Origin: Octopus vulgaris
Taxonomy: Eukaryota
Length of the DNA: 64,000 nt
Assembly: GCA_951406725.2 (NCBI GenBank)
Contig: OX597816.1
Location: 45,260,001 to 45,324,000 of the forward strand
Reading direction: 5' to 3'
Below the pieces are notes generated by a model that saw nothing but the letters and a program-made list of their open reading frames with translations, did no database searches and had not been told where the DNA came from. The position numbers and the translations under genes are program-made. Below, in pieces: positions 39,957-51,312 of the stretch (its first letter is position 1; every line of letters begins with the position of its first letter).

Positions 39957-40139
39957 ATAGATCGCTAGCCACTGCATATTCTTTATTTTCTCTCCTTGTT
40001 TCTTTCTGTGTTCCTTTCGATGGAAGAGCATAGGCTTGAAATGTTAAAGACTTTTTCAATTCCCGAGCGTTATACTAATACATCTGTTTGTTGTCTACAT
40101 CACCTGTCTTCGTCTTTTGTTCTTTTGTGAATTCTCCTC
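39957..40139 (+). mobile_element. 183-bp insertion with an 11-bp target-site duplication
   Basis: atatgcctatg (39946-39956) and atatgtctatg (40140-40150). The host repeat has a single site in its paralogue at 10787-10797. Same family as 5846-6036. Confidence 0.75.
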
Positions 40140-40367
40140 ATATGTCTATGTACAGCAAATGTGGACTGAAATACATGGGTCCCAGTCAGTCAGAATTTCA
40201 TGTTTACTAATATAGATAATATTTATGTATGAGAGGTACTAGTATCTAGAAGACCCAAAGAGTGGCAGGTAACGCTAATTAAGTGCTATAGGCAGACCGT
40301 AGTTAAACTCTTGGTCCGATAGTGATACGAGTGAGGGGTCTAATGTGGGTCATGTATTAGCATTCAT

Positions 40368-40554
40368 TTATATATTAGACAAAATGAGATAACAAAGCCA
40401 AGTCTGTGAGGAGGTTTCACATCATCTCTAATGAAGGAATATCCATAATATCCCAGAAACAGCTGTAAGACTATATCTGTATCTTTTTCCTTATAAATGT
40501 CCTGAAAACTCCTCATAGCATTGGCTTTGTTGTCTCATTTTGTCTAATATATAA
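40368..40554 (+). mobile_element. 187-bp hairpin element with 52-bp inverted repeats enclosing a hammerhead motif
   Basis: Arms 40368-40419 and 40503-40554 (5 mismatches). The loop holds tct-CTAATGA-aggaatat ccata atatccca-GAAAC-agct-GTA-aga. Confidence 0.75.
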
Positions 40555-41558
40555 TATGTATGTATACACACACACACACATACATATTAAACAAGCTTCA
40601 ATGCAGTTTCTGTCCATCAATTTTACTTTTCAGGAATTAGGTAGCCAAAGATAAAACTGGAAGACTCTTACTTATGCTAGGTGCAGTGCTGTAGAACTGA
40701 ACCTAAAACTTCATGGTTACAACGCAAATTCATTTAGTTACACAGCCAGGTCATACCATAAATGTAAAACAAAATATTTGACTAGACTACCAATATCAGT
40801 CTATCTCAGGTCGACATTTTCAGATGATCTGATATCAATTCTTGACAGTTAAATGAATTGAAGTGAGTAGAATTTACGACACTCTATATTTGAACTAAAC
40901 ACTCATTTGTTGTTGTGGTTATTGCTTTTGGCTTTGTTCTTTCAGTTAAAAGCACCACAAAGAATCCCTTGACACACTGCTGCTAAATTGACCTTTGTCT
41001 CAGACCCTCAACCATAAATGTTTTATTCTTTGCTTTGGTCTATTCTTACATCATAATTTGGTGTCATTTTAGGAATGGAAAATAAAACCAGCTGGAAAAA
41101 AAAAATGGATAAAAATTTGGAATCAAAACTTGAGATGTTAGTTCTACTACGTTATTATCCACTCAGGCACCCATGCTAATGCCATGTAAAAAGGACCCAT
41201 GTTGGTGCTGTGTAAAAAGCACCTGCGCCGGTGCCACATAAAGATCACACATGCTGGCATCAAATAAAAAGCACCCGTGCTAGTGCCACATAAGGGGTGC
41301 CCATGCTGGTGCCATGTAAAAAGCACACATGGTGGTTTCACATACAAAGCACCCAGTACACTCTGTGTAGTGGTTGGCATTAGGAAGGGTATCCAGCTGT
41401 AAAAACCATGCCAAAACAGACAATTAGATCCTGATGCAGCTCCTCAGCTTGCCACCACCTGTCAAACAATCCAACTCATCCCAACATGGAAAATGGATGA
41501 TAAATGATGATGATGATGATGATGACGACAACGATGATGATGATGATGATGATATGTA

Positions 41559-42408
41559 CAGGATGTGGTGAATAAACTGTCATCTAAATTAAGGCAAAAA
41601 TGAAAATAACACTGACATCTCATTTTAACAAATATATTTACCAAAATTACTTTAACCCTTTTGTTACTGTATTTATTTTGAAATGCTCTGTGTTTCTTTC
41701 AATTACTTTAAATATTACAAAGAATTTAGTAAAATAACTTAGTTATCATTAAGCTGGTGTTAGGAACATAAATTGTGACTACGGTTTGGTGGAAGATTTT
41801 GATTCAAAACTTATGGAAACAAGACATTTGTACTCAGAGCCGGTTTTAGCCAGGTTGGTAACAAAAGGGTTAAAATATCTTGAAATACTAAAGAGTAAAT
41901 TTATTCAATAAAATCGCCATTGGCTTCAACCACAGCCTCCAGATAACTTTGGAATCTCCTGAAACTCTTCTGGATGGTCTCCTTGCTTAAGCTGGTGAAT
42001 GCTGCTATAATCCTTGCCTTCAGTTCATCTTTGGTGTTACAAGGAGTTTTGTTGGTCTCTCGCTCAACTGCACCCCACACATAATAAGCAAGGGGTTTGC
42101 AGTCTGGGGAGTTAGGTGGTCAGATGTTAGGGGTGGTGTTGTCACAGAAATTGTCTGACACCCATGATTAGTTTCTCCTGCTTGTGTGGCATGGTGCAGA
42201 GTCCTGTTGCCAGATATAGGATCTTCTAGCAGTCACCCTCTTGACCCAGGGCAATACTACCTCCTCCAGACACCTGATGTAGGCCTCCATGTTGAGTCTG
42301 AGGCCATGTGAGAAGATGAATGGAGGCATAATGTTGCCATCACTAGTGGCCACTCCAAACACCATGATGTTGACTGGATATTTGATTTTTATCATTCTTG
42401 GTACATGT
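41559..42408 (-). mobile_element. DD37D (maT-like) transposon, 3' half
   Basis: IMVFGVATSDG, WQQDSAPCHTSRR, PPNSPDCKPL(A)YYVWG, EAVVEANGDFIE*. 37-residue spacer with the third Asp mutated. TA plus TIR-like end at 41557-41585. Confidence 0.8.
41656..41869. mobile_element. piggyBac-type MITE family 1, nested in the DD37D element
   Basis: TTAA TSDs at 41652 and 41870. Confidence 0.9.
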
Positions 42409-42943
42409 CCTCTTTACTTGTTTCCCCAGTTTTTGCAGAAAATTGAAAATTAATGTCATTCATTTACAATCACGAGATGCCACAGTTAAAGTTTTGGTTA
42501 GCCCTTTTTGTTCATGAACAACCATGGGATTGCTCAACTAGAAAGTTACCCTCAAAGGCACAAGTCCAGGCAAGGTGTTTACAGAAGACCAGCAGTCACC
42601 CATGCATACCAATTTCCCTTCTCCACACCACCAATGTTATCCAAGGGAAAGGCAAAGACTGATATAGTTTGGCACCAGTGACATCACAACTCATTTTGAC
42701 AGCTGAGTGAACTGGAGCAACATGAAATAAAGTGCCTTGCTCAAGAACACAAAGCACAGCCCGGTCTGAGAACTGAACTTGTTACTTCGAGATTGTAAGC
42801 CCAATGCTATATATAATCATTACAGATATAGGGTAAAGAATTATTAATTTGATAAATTAATAAATTTTACCAAGTAGTTTCAGTATGGAAAAGAACCATA
42901 ATCGGTAAAAACTTATACAAAAAGTTTTTTATATAATTATAAC

Positions 42944-43119
42944 AATAATTAAGGGTTTAGCAACAAGCTGCTTCACCACATACCGAAAATTTAGAAATAG
43001 TAGCCAAAAAACCACTTTTTTCTTTTATTTCTGTGGAGACATATTTTGTAAGAAAAAGAAATAGCAGTCTTTTGGCTGCTATTTCTAAATTTTCGGTATG
43101 TGGTGAAGCAACCCTTAAT

Positions 43120-43123
<4 letters not shown>
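42944..43123. repeat. Inverted repeat, ~55-bp arms
   Basis: tgcttcaccacataccgaaaatttagaaatagtagccaaaa versus ttttggctgctatttctaaattttcggtatgtggtgaagca, plus aataattaagggtt / aacccttaattatt. Confidence 0.85.
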
Positions 43124-43175
<52 letters not shown>

Positions 43176-43279
43176 GTAAATTGCACACAGTGTGTGCATG
43201 CCTCTGTGTCAGTGTGTGTGTGTATATGCACACATGCACACAAACAACTATATATGTGGAGGTGATTACACAAGTTTAA

Positions 43280-43499
43280 TCCTTTAGCATTTAAACCTGT
43301 CATATCCAGCCCAATATATTCTACCTGTTTTATTTTCAAACTGACCAGCCTCTCACTCCCATCTTATACAATGTCATTCTGAAAATAAACAATCGCATCA
43401 TCAAAATCTTTGATAAGAAGCCATGAGATAATGCATGATTAATCCAAAATAATGTGAATCAATAAACATTACATTTGACAGAGTAATCGGAATGCTAAC
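43280..43499. mobile_element. piggyBac-type MITE family 2, right end eroded
   Basis: TTAA-tcctttagcatt ... aatgctaa. Reverse complement of 56704-56923. Confidence 0.65.
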
Positions 43500-43573
43500 A
43501 GTATGCAGAGGGGAGACATTCCGAATGTGTTTACATTTCTGTATTATGAGTAGCTGTTGTCATAGTAATATAT

Positions 43574-43805
43574 ATTTCTTTACTACCCACAAGGGGCTAA
43601 ACACAGAGGGGACAAACAAGGACAGACATAGGTATTAAGTCGATTACATCGACCCCAGTGCGTAACTGGTACTTTATTTATCGACCCCAAAAGGATGAAA
43701 GGCAAAGTCGACCTCGGCGGAATTTGAACTCAGAACGTAGCGGCAGACGAAATACCGCTAAGCATTTCGCCCGGCACGCTAACGTTTCTGCCAGCTCGCC
43801 GCCTT
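43574..43805 (-). mobile_element. SINE family C monomer (young)
   Basis: CpG-intact copy flanked by a ttgtcatagtaata direct repeat (TSD). Confidence 0.9.
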
Positions 43806-44019
43806 GTCATAGTAATAGCAGTAGCAGCAGCTGTTCAAGAATTTAGACCTGGAGATCTCCATTTCCAGCGACTTCAAGGGCCACCTCCCAGTGGTGTCGG
43901 GCGTCAACAAGACGACCAAAGTTTTCTTTTTTCCAAGGTCTGGGGTCTCCCGCCCCTAAGCCCTAGACCATCACCTAATCACACCTACCCATCTTGTTGC
44001 TTAACAACAGCAACAACAA

Positions 44020-44050
<31 letters not shown>

Positions 44051-44321
44051 GTGGAGGTGCATAGCTTAGTGATTAGAGTGTTGGACTCGTGAGCAAAAGA
44101 TTGTGGTTTCAATTCCTGGATTGAGCGATGCAAAACACTTCATTTCATGTTGCTTCAGTTCACTCAGCTGGCAAAAGTGAATAACCCTGCAATGGACTGC
44201 CACCACATCCAGGGCGGAATATATATATACGACAGAGAAACCAGTAAACCAGCCCTATGCTCCTTAGGGAGTAATGCAGACTAACTAGCAGTAGCAGCAG
44301 CAGCAGTAGTAGTAGTAGTTA

Positions 44322-44361
<40 letters not shown>

Positions 44362-46299
44362 TCTTTTTTTATCACTAAGTCAGAAAGGAAAGGAGTGGTT
44401 CTTCACAGGGCCTTTAAAATTTGTGGGAAGGAGGATAGAGGCAAGCTCTCTTCAAACCAGGAGCTGAGCCCAAGTGCTTCAACTGAATGGACTCTGCTAA
44501 AGGCACCTAATGACCAGTTAGTGATGTCAAACAGCGATGGATCTAAAGTCTACCACCCTTGACAGCAGGATCTGAATTCAGAACACAAAGAACTTATAAT
44601 ACCATATGGTATTGTAGTGCTTAATGTTTGGCGAATCAACTGGTACTTTTTTTATTGACCCTGAAAGGATGAAAGGCAAAACTGAATTTGATGGAATTTG
44701 ATTTCTTGGTGCAGAGAGTTGGACCAAACATTGAGTAGCAGTCTACTTCATATGCAAAAGACTCTGCGAATTTGCCCCACTAATGAAGCAGATTATTTAT
44801 TCTATCTTTTATTGTCTCATTTATTCTCATCTTTTATTCTCACACAGTGAATCTAGAATCTAGAAAGCAGCAAAACAAATATTTTTTTAATGCACCTCCT
44901 GCTCCTAGAATCGAACTCGCAATCATAAGGTCGTGAGCACAACATCACTAACCACCAGGCCATTCGTCCTCACAAACTTGAACTACTAGAGAGGAAAAAT
45001 ACAAATGCATAAAGATAGCTCACCACCGAAAGGTGAAGAACAATAGAGGAAAAAAAATTACAGGTGTACTTGTAATAGAAATGATATAGAAATGAATGAT
45101 AGGATTCAAAGAGACAGGGCATGTTATAAAGGTATATTCAACAGGTGTTGAATATACCTTTATAACATACCTTTATATACCTTTATTCAAAAGGTATATT
45201 TATCCAATGTGTCCAACCATTTTTTTAAGGTAGCTGACTATGAATTCAGGGATATTTGGCTGCTATTTGTAGTAGGTTGAGCTGCCATGTAGAGATTTCC
45301 CTGATTTCGTTTGTGATTTTGCTTGCTCTTGTTGTTGCTCGGTTAGGTCACATACAGATGTACCTGTGCAATCAATGGCACGGAGATAAGACATCAAATG
45401 CTGAAGAACAATCTGCTAGTCAAGAACTCAATCAAACATGCAGAGCAGATATGGAAGGCTTCACCAGTGCATTCTGGGTTGAGCTGTGAGATTTTAGCCA
45501 ATATCTTCTATGGTAAAAGTTACCTTCTCGAGTCATACAGACTCATAAGAGCTGGTTTCCCAGTTTCAGGGTCTATATATTCCCCACCTTGATAGGACAC
45601 CGGTCCATTGCGGGATTACCCATTTTTGCCAGTTGAGTGGACTGGAGCAATGTGAAATGAAGTGTTTTGCTCAAGAACACAACACATCACCCAGTACAGG
45701 AATCGAAACCACAATCTTACAATCATGAGTCCAACACCCTAATCACTAAGCCGTGCACCTCCATGGTAAGCCTCAGATAGATCTTCTATGATAAGCCTCA
45801 GATCAATCTACTCAGAGTCAGGGAAATTTAGTAGACATAAACTACATAGAAGTCTATTAACCTGTATTTGTCCTTAAAAAGCAAAGTGTAATCAGTGGCT
45901 TGGTTGAAGTTCACTATCTGTCCTTTGACTGCTTTAAACAGAGTCTATTCCTTAGAATCTATTGCTCAAAAGCCCTACACAGATCTAATTGAGCAAACCC
46001 ATGGTATGGAAATAGCAGATCAAATGTTACAAAACATTCCACAAAATTTGGTCTCAACTAAAGCATCCAGACTCAAGTCTTAGCTCTAAGAATAACTTGG
46101 TATATGATATTCTGCCTCCTATAGCACCAATGCAGGATCAAAATTTCTAGCTTGTTCACTCTGACAATTTTCAGAGACCCTAGCATAAAATTATCTTTGG
46201 CACAGCCCATTCTAACCCCACTTAGTCATAGAAATATAAACTATTTAATCACTATTTAATTTGCAGCCATTTTATTTTTAGTAAGATCATTAGCAGCAT

Positions 46300-46550
46300 G
46301 GTGGAAGCGTGTGGCTTAGTGGTTAGGGTGTCAGCATCATGATCGTAAGATTGTGGTTTCAATTCCTGGGCCAGGCAAAGCATTGTGTTCTTGAGCAAAA
46401 CACTTCATTTCACGTTGCTCCAGTCCACTCAGCTGGCAAAAATGAGTAATGCTGCGATGGACTGGCGCCCCGTCCAGCTGGGGAACACATACGCCATTGA
46501 AACCAGGAAACCAGGCCCATGAGCCTGGCTAGGCTTTAAAAGGATGCATT
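46300..46550 (+). mobile_element. SINE family E
   Basis: tggcttagtggttag, gtttcaattcc, then tcacgttgctccagtccactcagctgg. Flanked by attagcagcatg repeats. Related copies at ~44050-44265 (+), ~45535-45765 (-) and ~42515-42810 (-). Confidence 0.8.
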
Positions 46551-46889
46551 TATTTTTTTTATTTTATTAGCAGCATGAGTTAATGAGGTTTACTCTACAT
46601 GGTAGTTATGGCTTGTTAAAAACAGACAGCCAAATCTCCATTATTGCACTTAAAAACAGAAAAACACACTCATGTTGTCATTGTATTACAAACAGACAGA
46701 CTGGTCACCCACCTGATCCTTTATCATAGGTCTACTTGAGGGGGTCTGATCTGGGAGTTAACCAACAACATGCAATAAGAATTGGCACTCCTTTGGTTAT
46801 AAGAACAAGGGTTCCATTTGATTCAGTCAATGGAACAGCCTGCTTATGAAATTAATATGCAAAGGGTTGAGCACTCCACAGCCACATAT

Positions 46890-47123
46890 ACCTATTTCTT
46901 TATTACCCACAAGGGGCTAAACAAAGGGGGGACAAACAAGGACAGACATAGGTATTAAGTCGATTACATCGACACCAGTGCATAACTGGTACTTATTTTA
47001 TCGCCCCTGAAAGGATGAAAGGCAAAGTCGACCTCGGCGGAATTTGAACTCAGAACGTAACGGCAGACGAAATACCGCTAAGCATTTTGCCCGGCGCGCT
47101 AACGTTTCTGCCAGCTCACCGCC
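46890..47123 (-). mobile_element. SINE family C nested in an older SINE
   Basis: Flanked by a gccacatatacc direct repeat. Host halves at ~46780-46890 and ~47124-47352. Confidence 0.85.
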
Positions 47124-47592
47124 ACATATACCCTTAACATAGTTCTCAGGGAGATCCAGCATGGCACAGAGCGTGACAAGGCTGGACCTTTGAAATACAG
47201 GTGCAACTCATTTTTGCCAGCTGAGTGAACTGGAGCAATGTGAAATAAAGAGTCTTACTCAAGGTCACAACACACAGCCTGGTCTAGGAATTGAACTCAT
47301 GACCTTATGATCACGAGCCAAATATCCCAACCACTAAGCCATGCGCCTTCACCAGCAATAAGAACTATACACTGTAGAGTTGTAGATTTATCTTGAATGG
47401 TGGATTGGGATCAATATAGTTAGAATGCCGTGGATCAGGGGTCTGCACAATCAGAATAGACCTGGGACTTAAACAACAGCAACAACAATTAACAATTACC
47501 AGCACCTTCGTATCAAAGAAATGAAATGACTACAATGGCAAATTGAAACTGGGTCACAGGTTTTGCTTTGTCAAAAAAGTTTACTTCTAAAT

Positions 47593-47627
<35 letters not shown>

Positions 47628-48502
47628 GGATGATAGAATATAAATCTAACATTGACTAACACAAAAATGCAACAAAAATTACAACACTTGAAAGGTTAAA
47701 GAAAAGAAAAATTGCAGAGCAATTTCAAATAAATTTTTGAAAAACCAAAAAAAAAAAAATACAAAAAACAGGCAATATATAACAAATAAAAGAATAACTT
47801 ATATAAAGATAAGAAAGAAGAAAGGAAGAAAGAAAGGAAGAAAAGGAGAGGATCAGAAGAGAAGAAAGACAAAGAAGAAAATAAATTTGTTTTAACAAAT
47901 TTCTTCCAAGTTTAATGAAAGAAGAAAGTAAAAAAACAAAACACACACATTAATACACATCAACAGACAAAACCTAAGAATAACAAAAAATAAATACGTT
48001 AAAAAAAACAAACAAAAACAGTTTTAAAAGAAAACTTAAATAAAGCAAATAAATTAATAATTATAAAAAAAAAAAAAATTTTAAATAATTACCTGGTATT
48101 GTAAACACACGTAGAAAAGAAAAAAAAGTTAACAGCAACAACAAAAACAACAACAACAACGACAACAACCACCATAAACAAGCAATTATAACAATGACAA
48201 CAACAAACATAAGAGACAACACTGCAATCCAATTAAAAGTAGTAAAAAGATATATAACGAGTGGCGTCAAATTATTTCTTCAGTCAGTGTATTCTAATGT
48301 TCCACAACTGTCATTTTCTATTGCTGTTCTCAAGCAAAGGCTATTCAGTTTATTACAAAAAAAAAAAAAAAAAGAGGGGGGGAAATGCTTCACTACAATG
48401 TATGTTTACATGCAAATGTGTGTTTGTATATGTATGCCCATCCACATATAATATATCATACACACACACACACACGTATATGAATATATACACATGTGTG
48501 TA

Positions 48503-48552
<50 letters not shown>

Positions 48553-48605
48553 CATGCACACACACATTTTGTGTGTGTATGTGTATGAATACATATGATG
48601 TATAA

Positions 48606-48646
<41 letters not shown>

Positions 48647-48729
48647 TGTGTGTGTGTGTGCGTGTATGTATGTATATATATACATATTCATTATATACAT
48701 ACATATATACACTATATACATACATATAC

Positions 48730-48767
<38 letters not shown>

Positions 48768-48805
48768 TGTATACATATATATACATTATATACATACATA
48801 TATAC

Positions 48806-48859
<54 letters not shown>

Positions 48860-49331
48860 TGGTAATGGCAGTCAATTTTCCAGTCAAACCAAGGCAACCA
48901 TTTTCACCATTGGTTTTCAAATTGTTGATTTACTCAGTGTTGTTAGTCACATCTCCTGACGGAGTCATCGGAGCTTCATTTTTTTTTTTCTTTAGTTTTC
49001 TTTTTCTTTTTTTTTTTTTTTTTTTTTAGCTTTTACTGTTATTTTTGTTTTATTGGTGACAGTGTGGAATTTGAACTCTGAATGCAGAGAGGTGGAACAA
49101 ATACTGCAACGCATCCTGTCTAACATTGTAAAAGTTCCACAAGCCTCACTTTCTGGGACCAGCACATGGGTTTAAAAAATAACAAAAACACAATAAAATT
49201 TTAGTTTTGAATAATCTCAACCATTGTCAAAACAGTCTAGCAAAGTTTCAGGAACGGAGCAAAACATTTCTGTGATCTAAGCCTGGAACAAACAGATTAA
49301 CCAGCGCTTTTAAATTACTAATCCTGATTGA

Positions 49332-50083
49332 CTGATGATGACGATGATGATGATGATCATCATCATCATAATCATCACAACCTATCCCATCACCACCAGC
49401 AACAACAATGCTATCATAATCATTGCTATCATTGTCATCGATGTCACCATTGTCATCATCATCATCATTGCCATGTTGTCATCATCATCATCGTTTTCAT
49501 CATTGTCATCGTCATCATCATCATTGTTGTTGTCTTCATCACTGACATCATCATCATCAGTCATCATCATCATTGTTGTCATCATCATCATTGCCATCAT
49601 CATCATCATTGTCATCATCATCATTATTGTCATCATCATTGTTGTTGTTTTCAACATTGCCATTATCATCATCATCATCATCATCATTGTCGTTGTCATT
49701 GCTATCATCACTGTTGTTGTCTTCATCATTGCCATCGTCATCATCATCGTCATCGTCATTGTCATCATTGTAATCGTCATTGTCATCATTGCCATCATCA
49801 TTGTCATTATCATCATCATCATTGTCGTTGTCATTGCTATCATCACTGTTGTTGTCTTCATCATTGCCATCGTCATCATCATCGTCATCGTCATCATTGT
49901 AATCGTCATTGTCATCATTGCCATCATCATTGTCATTATCATCATCATTGCCATTGTTATCCTCATTTTCATCATTGTCAACATTGTCATCATCCTTGCC
50001 ATCATCATCATCATTGCCATTGTTGTCATCATTGCCATTATCATCATCATCATCATCATCATTGTCGTCGTCATCATCATCAT
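49332..50083. repeat. Complex (CAT/CGT/TGT)n microsatellite with a ~135-bp higher-order duplication
   Basis: gctatcatcactgttgttgtcttc recurs at 49701 and 49836. Confidence 0.9.
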
Positions 50084-50605
50084 TTTGTTTATGCTTGCTT
50101 TCTCCATGCTGGCATAGTTTCGATGAGTCTCTACAAGGCAGTGTTCTACAGCCAGATGACATTCCTGATTTCTGACACCAACCCTTCTTTGTTCTTCACG
50201 TAAGGTATTTTATTTCTCATCTTTGCATGCTGAAGACTATTTGTTTATACAGGATATAAACAAAAACATCATTGACAATCCACAGATAGCTTAGACTGAA
50301 GAAACACAAGCATGTCAAAAAATCTTAAAGTCCCCCTTACATCACTGAATCAGCTGAAGGGAAAAGTTGATGTCCGAAGGCAAAACACTATAGTGATTTG
50401 CATATTCACATTCAGAGTTCAAATTGGCCAGAACCTGTTAAGAACGAATATAGTTGTCATTGTTTTGATTCTCATTTTTTTACATGTTTCTGAGAATTTA
50501 TCAACTTAGCAAACATCAGTACATATCAGCAAATAATTTGGTTGCTAAATTCTATAAACAAGAACAGTCTTTCTTGTTTGGCTTTAATGATCGCATGGAT
50601 GGGTA

Positions 50606-50654
50606 GCTTTTACTGAAGAGACACAATAAGTTTGAAACACTGGTGTAACAAAGT
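50606..50654 (+). ncRNA. Hammerhead-like motif in a ~317-bp diverged tandem unit
   Basis: gctttta-CTGAAGA-gacacaataagttt-GAAAC-actggt-GTA-acaaag. Core and helix III intact, helices I and II eroded. A more decayed sister lies at 50296. Confidence 0.55.
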
Positions 50655-50802
50655 CCTCCTACATCACTGAATCTCTTGTGTTGTCAACACACATTGTATG
50701 AATGAAGTTGTTCTCCAAAGGTGAACTACAACAGCAATTAGCATATCTAAGTTCAAATCTGCTGGAACATATTACAAATGAATATTCTCTTCATATATAT
50801 AA

Positions 50803-51310
50803 GTTCAAATAGAAAAATAGAATGTGCTTTCTGTGGCTAAAGAATCTATGACTTCTTTCTAGCAATGCTGGTACTCCCTGCGCCTTTGGTCACTTTTAGC
50901 GACTGTGAATGATTTTCTTTTTGGTTTTAAATCGTGTGTAGCCACCTTAATTATTTTATAATTTTCACATTACCATTTTGCAGAATCAGCCACTGATTTC
51001 GACGATAAGTTCTATAATAGTGACAGGTGAAAATTCAGCTTCACCACTTGCAATGGAGAAAGCATTACTGATGAGTATTAATTTCAATATGAAATTAGCG
51101 TGGTAATCTAATGCACCTCACTTGCAGTGGGGAGGTTGTCTCCCCTGTCAGTTCAAATAGACCATGTTCTTTCTGTGGCTAAAGAGTCTGACTTTTATTT
51201 CTAGCAATGCTGGTGCTCCCGGCACTCTTGGTCACTTTTGGTGACCGTGAATTATTTCCTTTTTGGTTTTAAATTGTGTCTAACCACCTTAATTATTTTA
51301 TTTATATATA
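50803..51310 (+). mobile_element. Retrozyme- or pseudo-LTR-like element: ~150-bp direct repeats (348-bp period) around a hammerhead rod
   Basis: gttcaaatag...ctttctgtggctaaaga...ccaccttaattattttat occurs at 50803 and 51151, in a TA-repeat context. Confidence 0.7.
51062..51114 (+). ncRNA. Type I hammerhead ribozyme motif
   Basis: gcatta-CTGATGA-gtatt aatttc aatat-GAAA-tta gcgtgg taa-TC-taatgc. 6/5/4-bp helices, AUC triplet, helix I extends to a rod spanning 51021-51150. Confidence 0.85.
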
Positions 51311-51312
51311 TA

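Noticed and set aside
49328-50203. Long His/Cys-, Ile-, Met- and Asp-rich ORFs (201-291 aa)
   Set aside because: Open in several frames on both strands because a CAT-type triplet repeat lacks stops. No splice or domain support.
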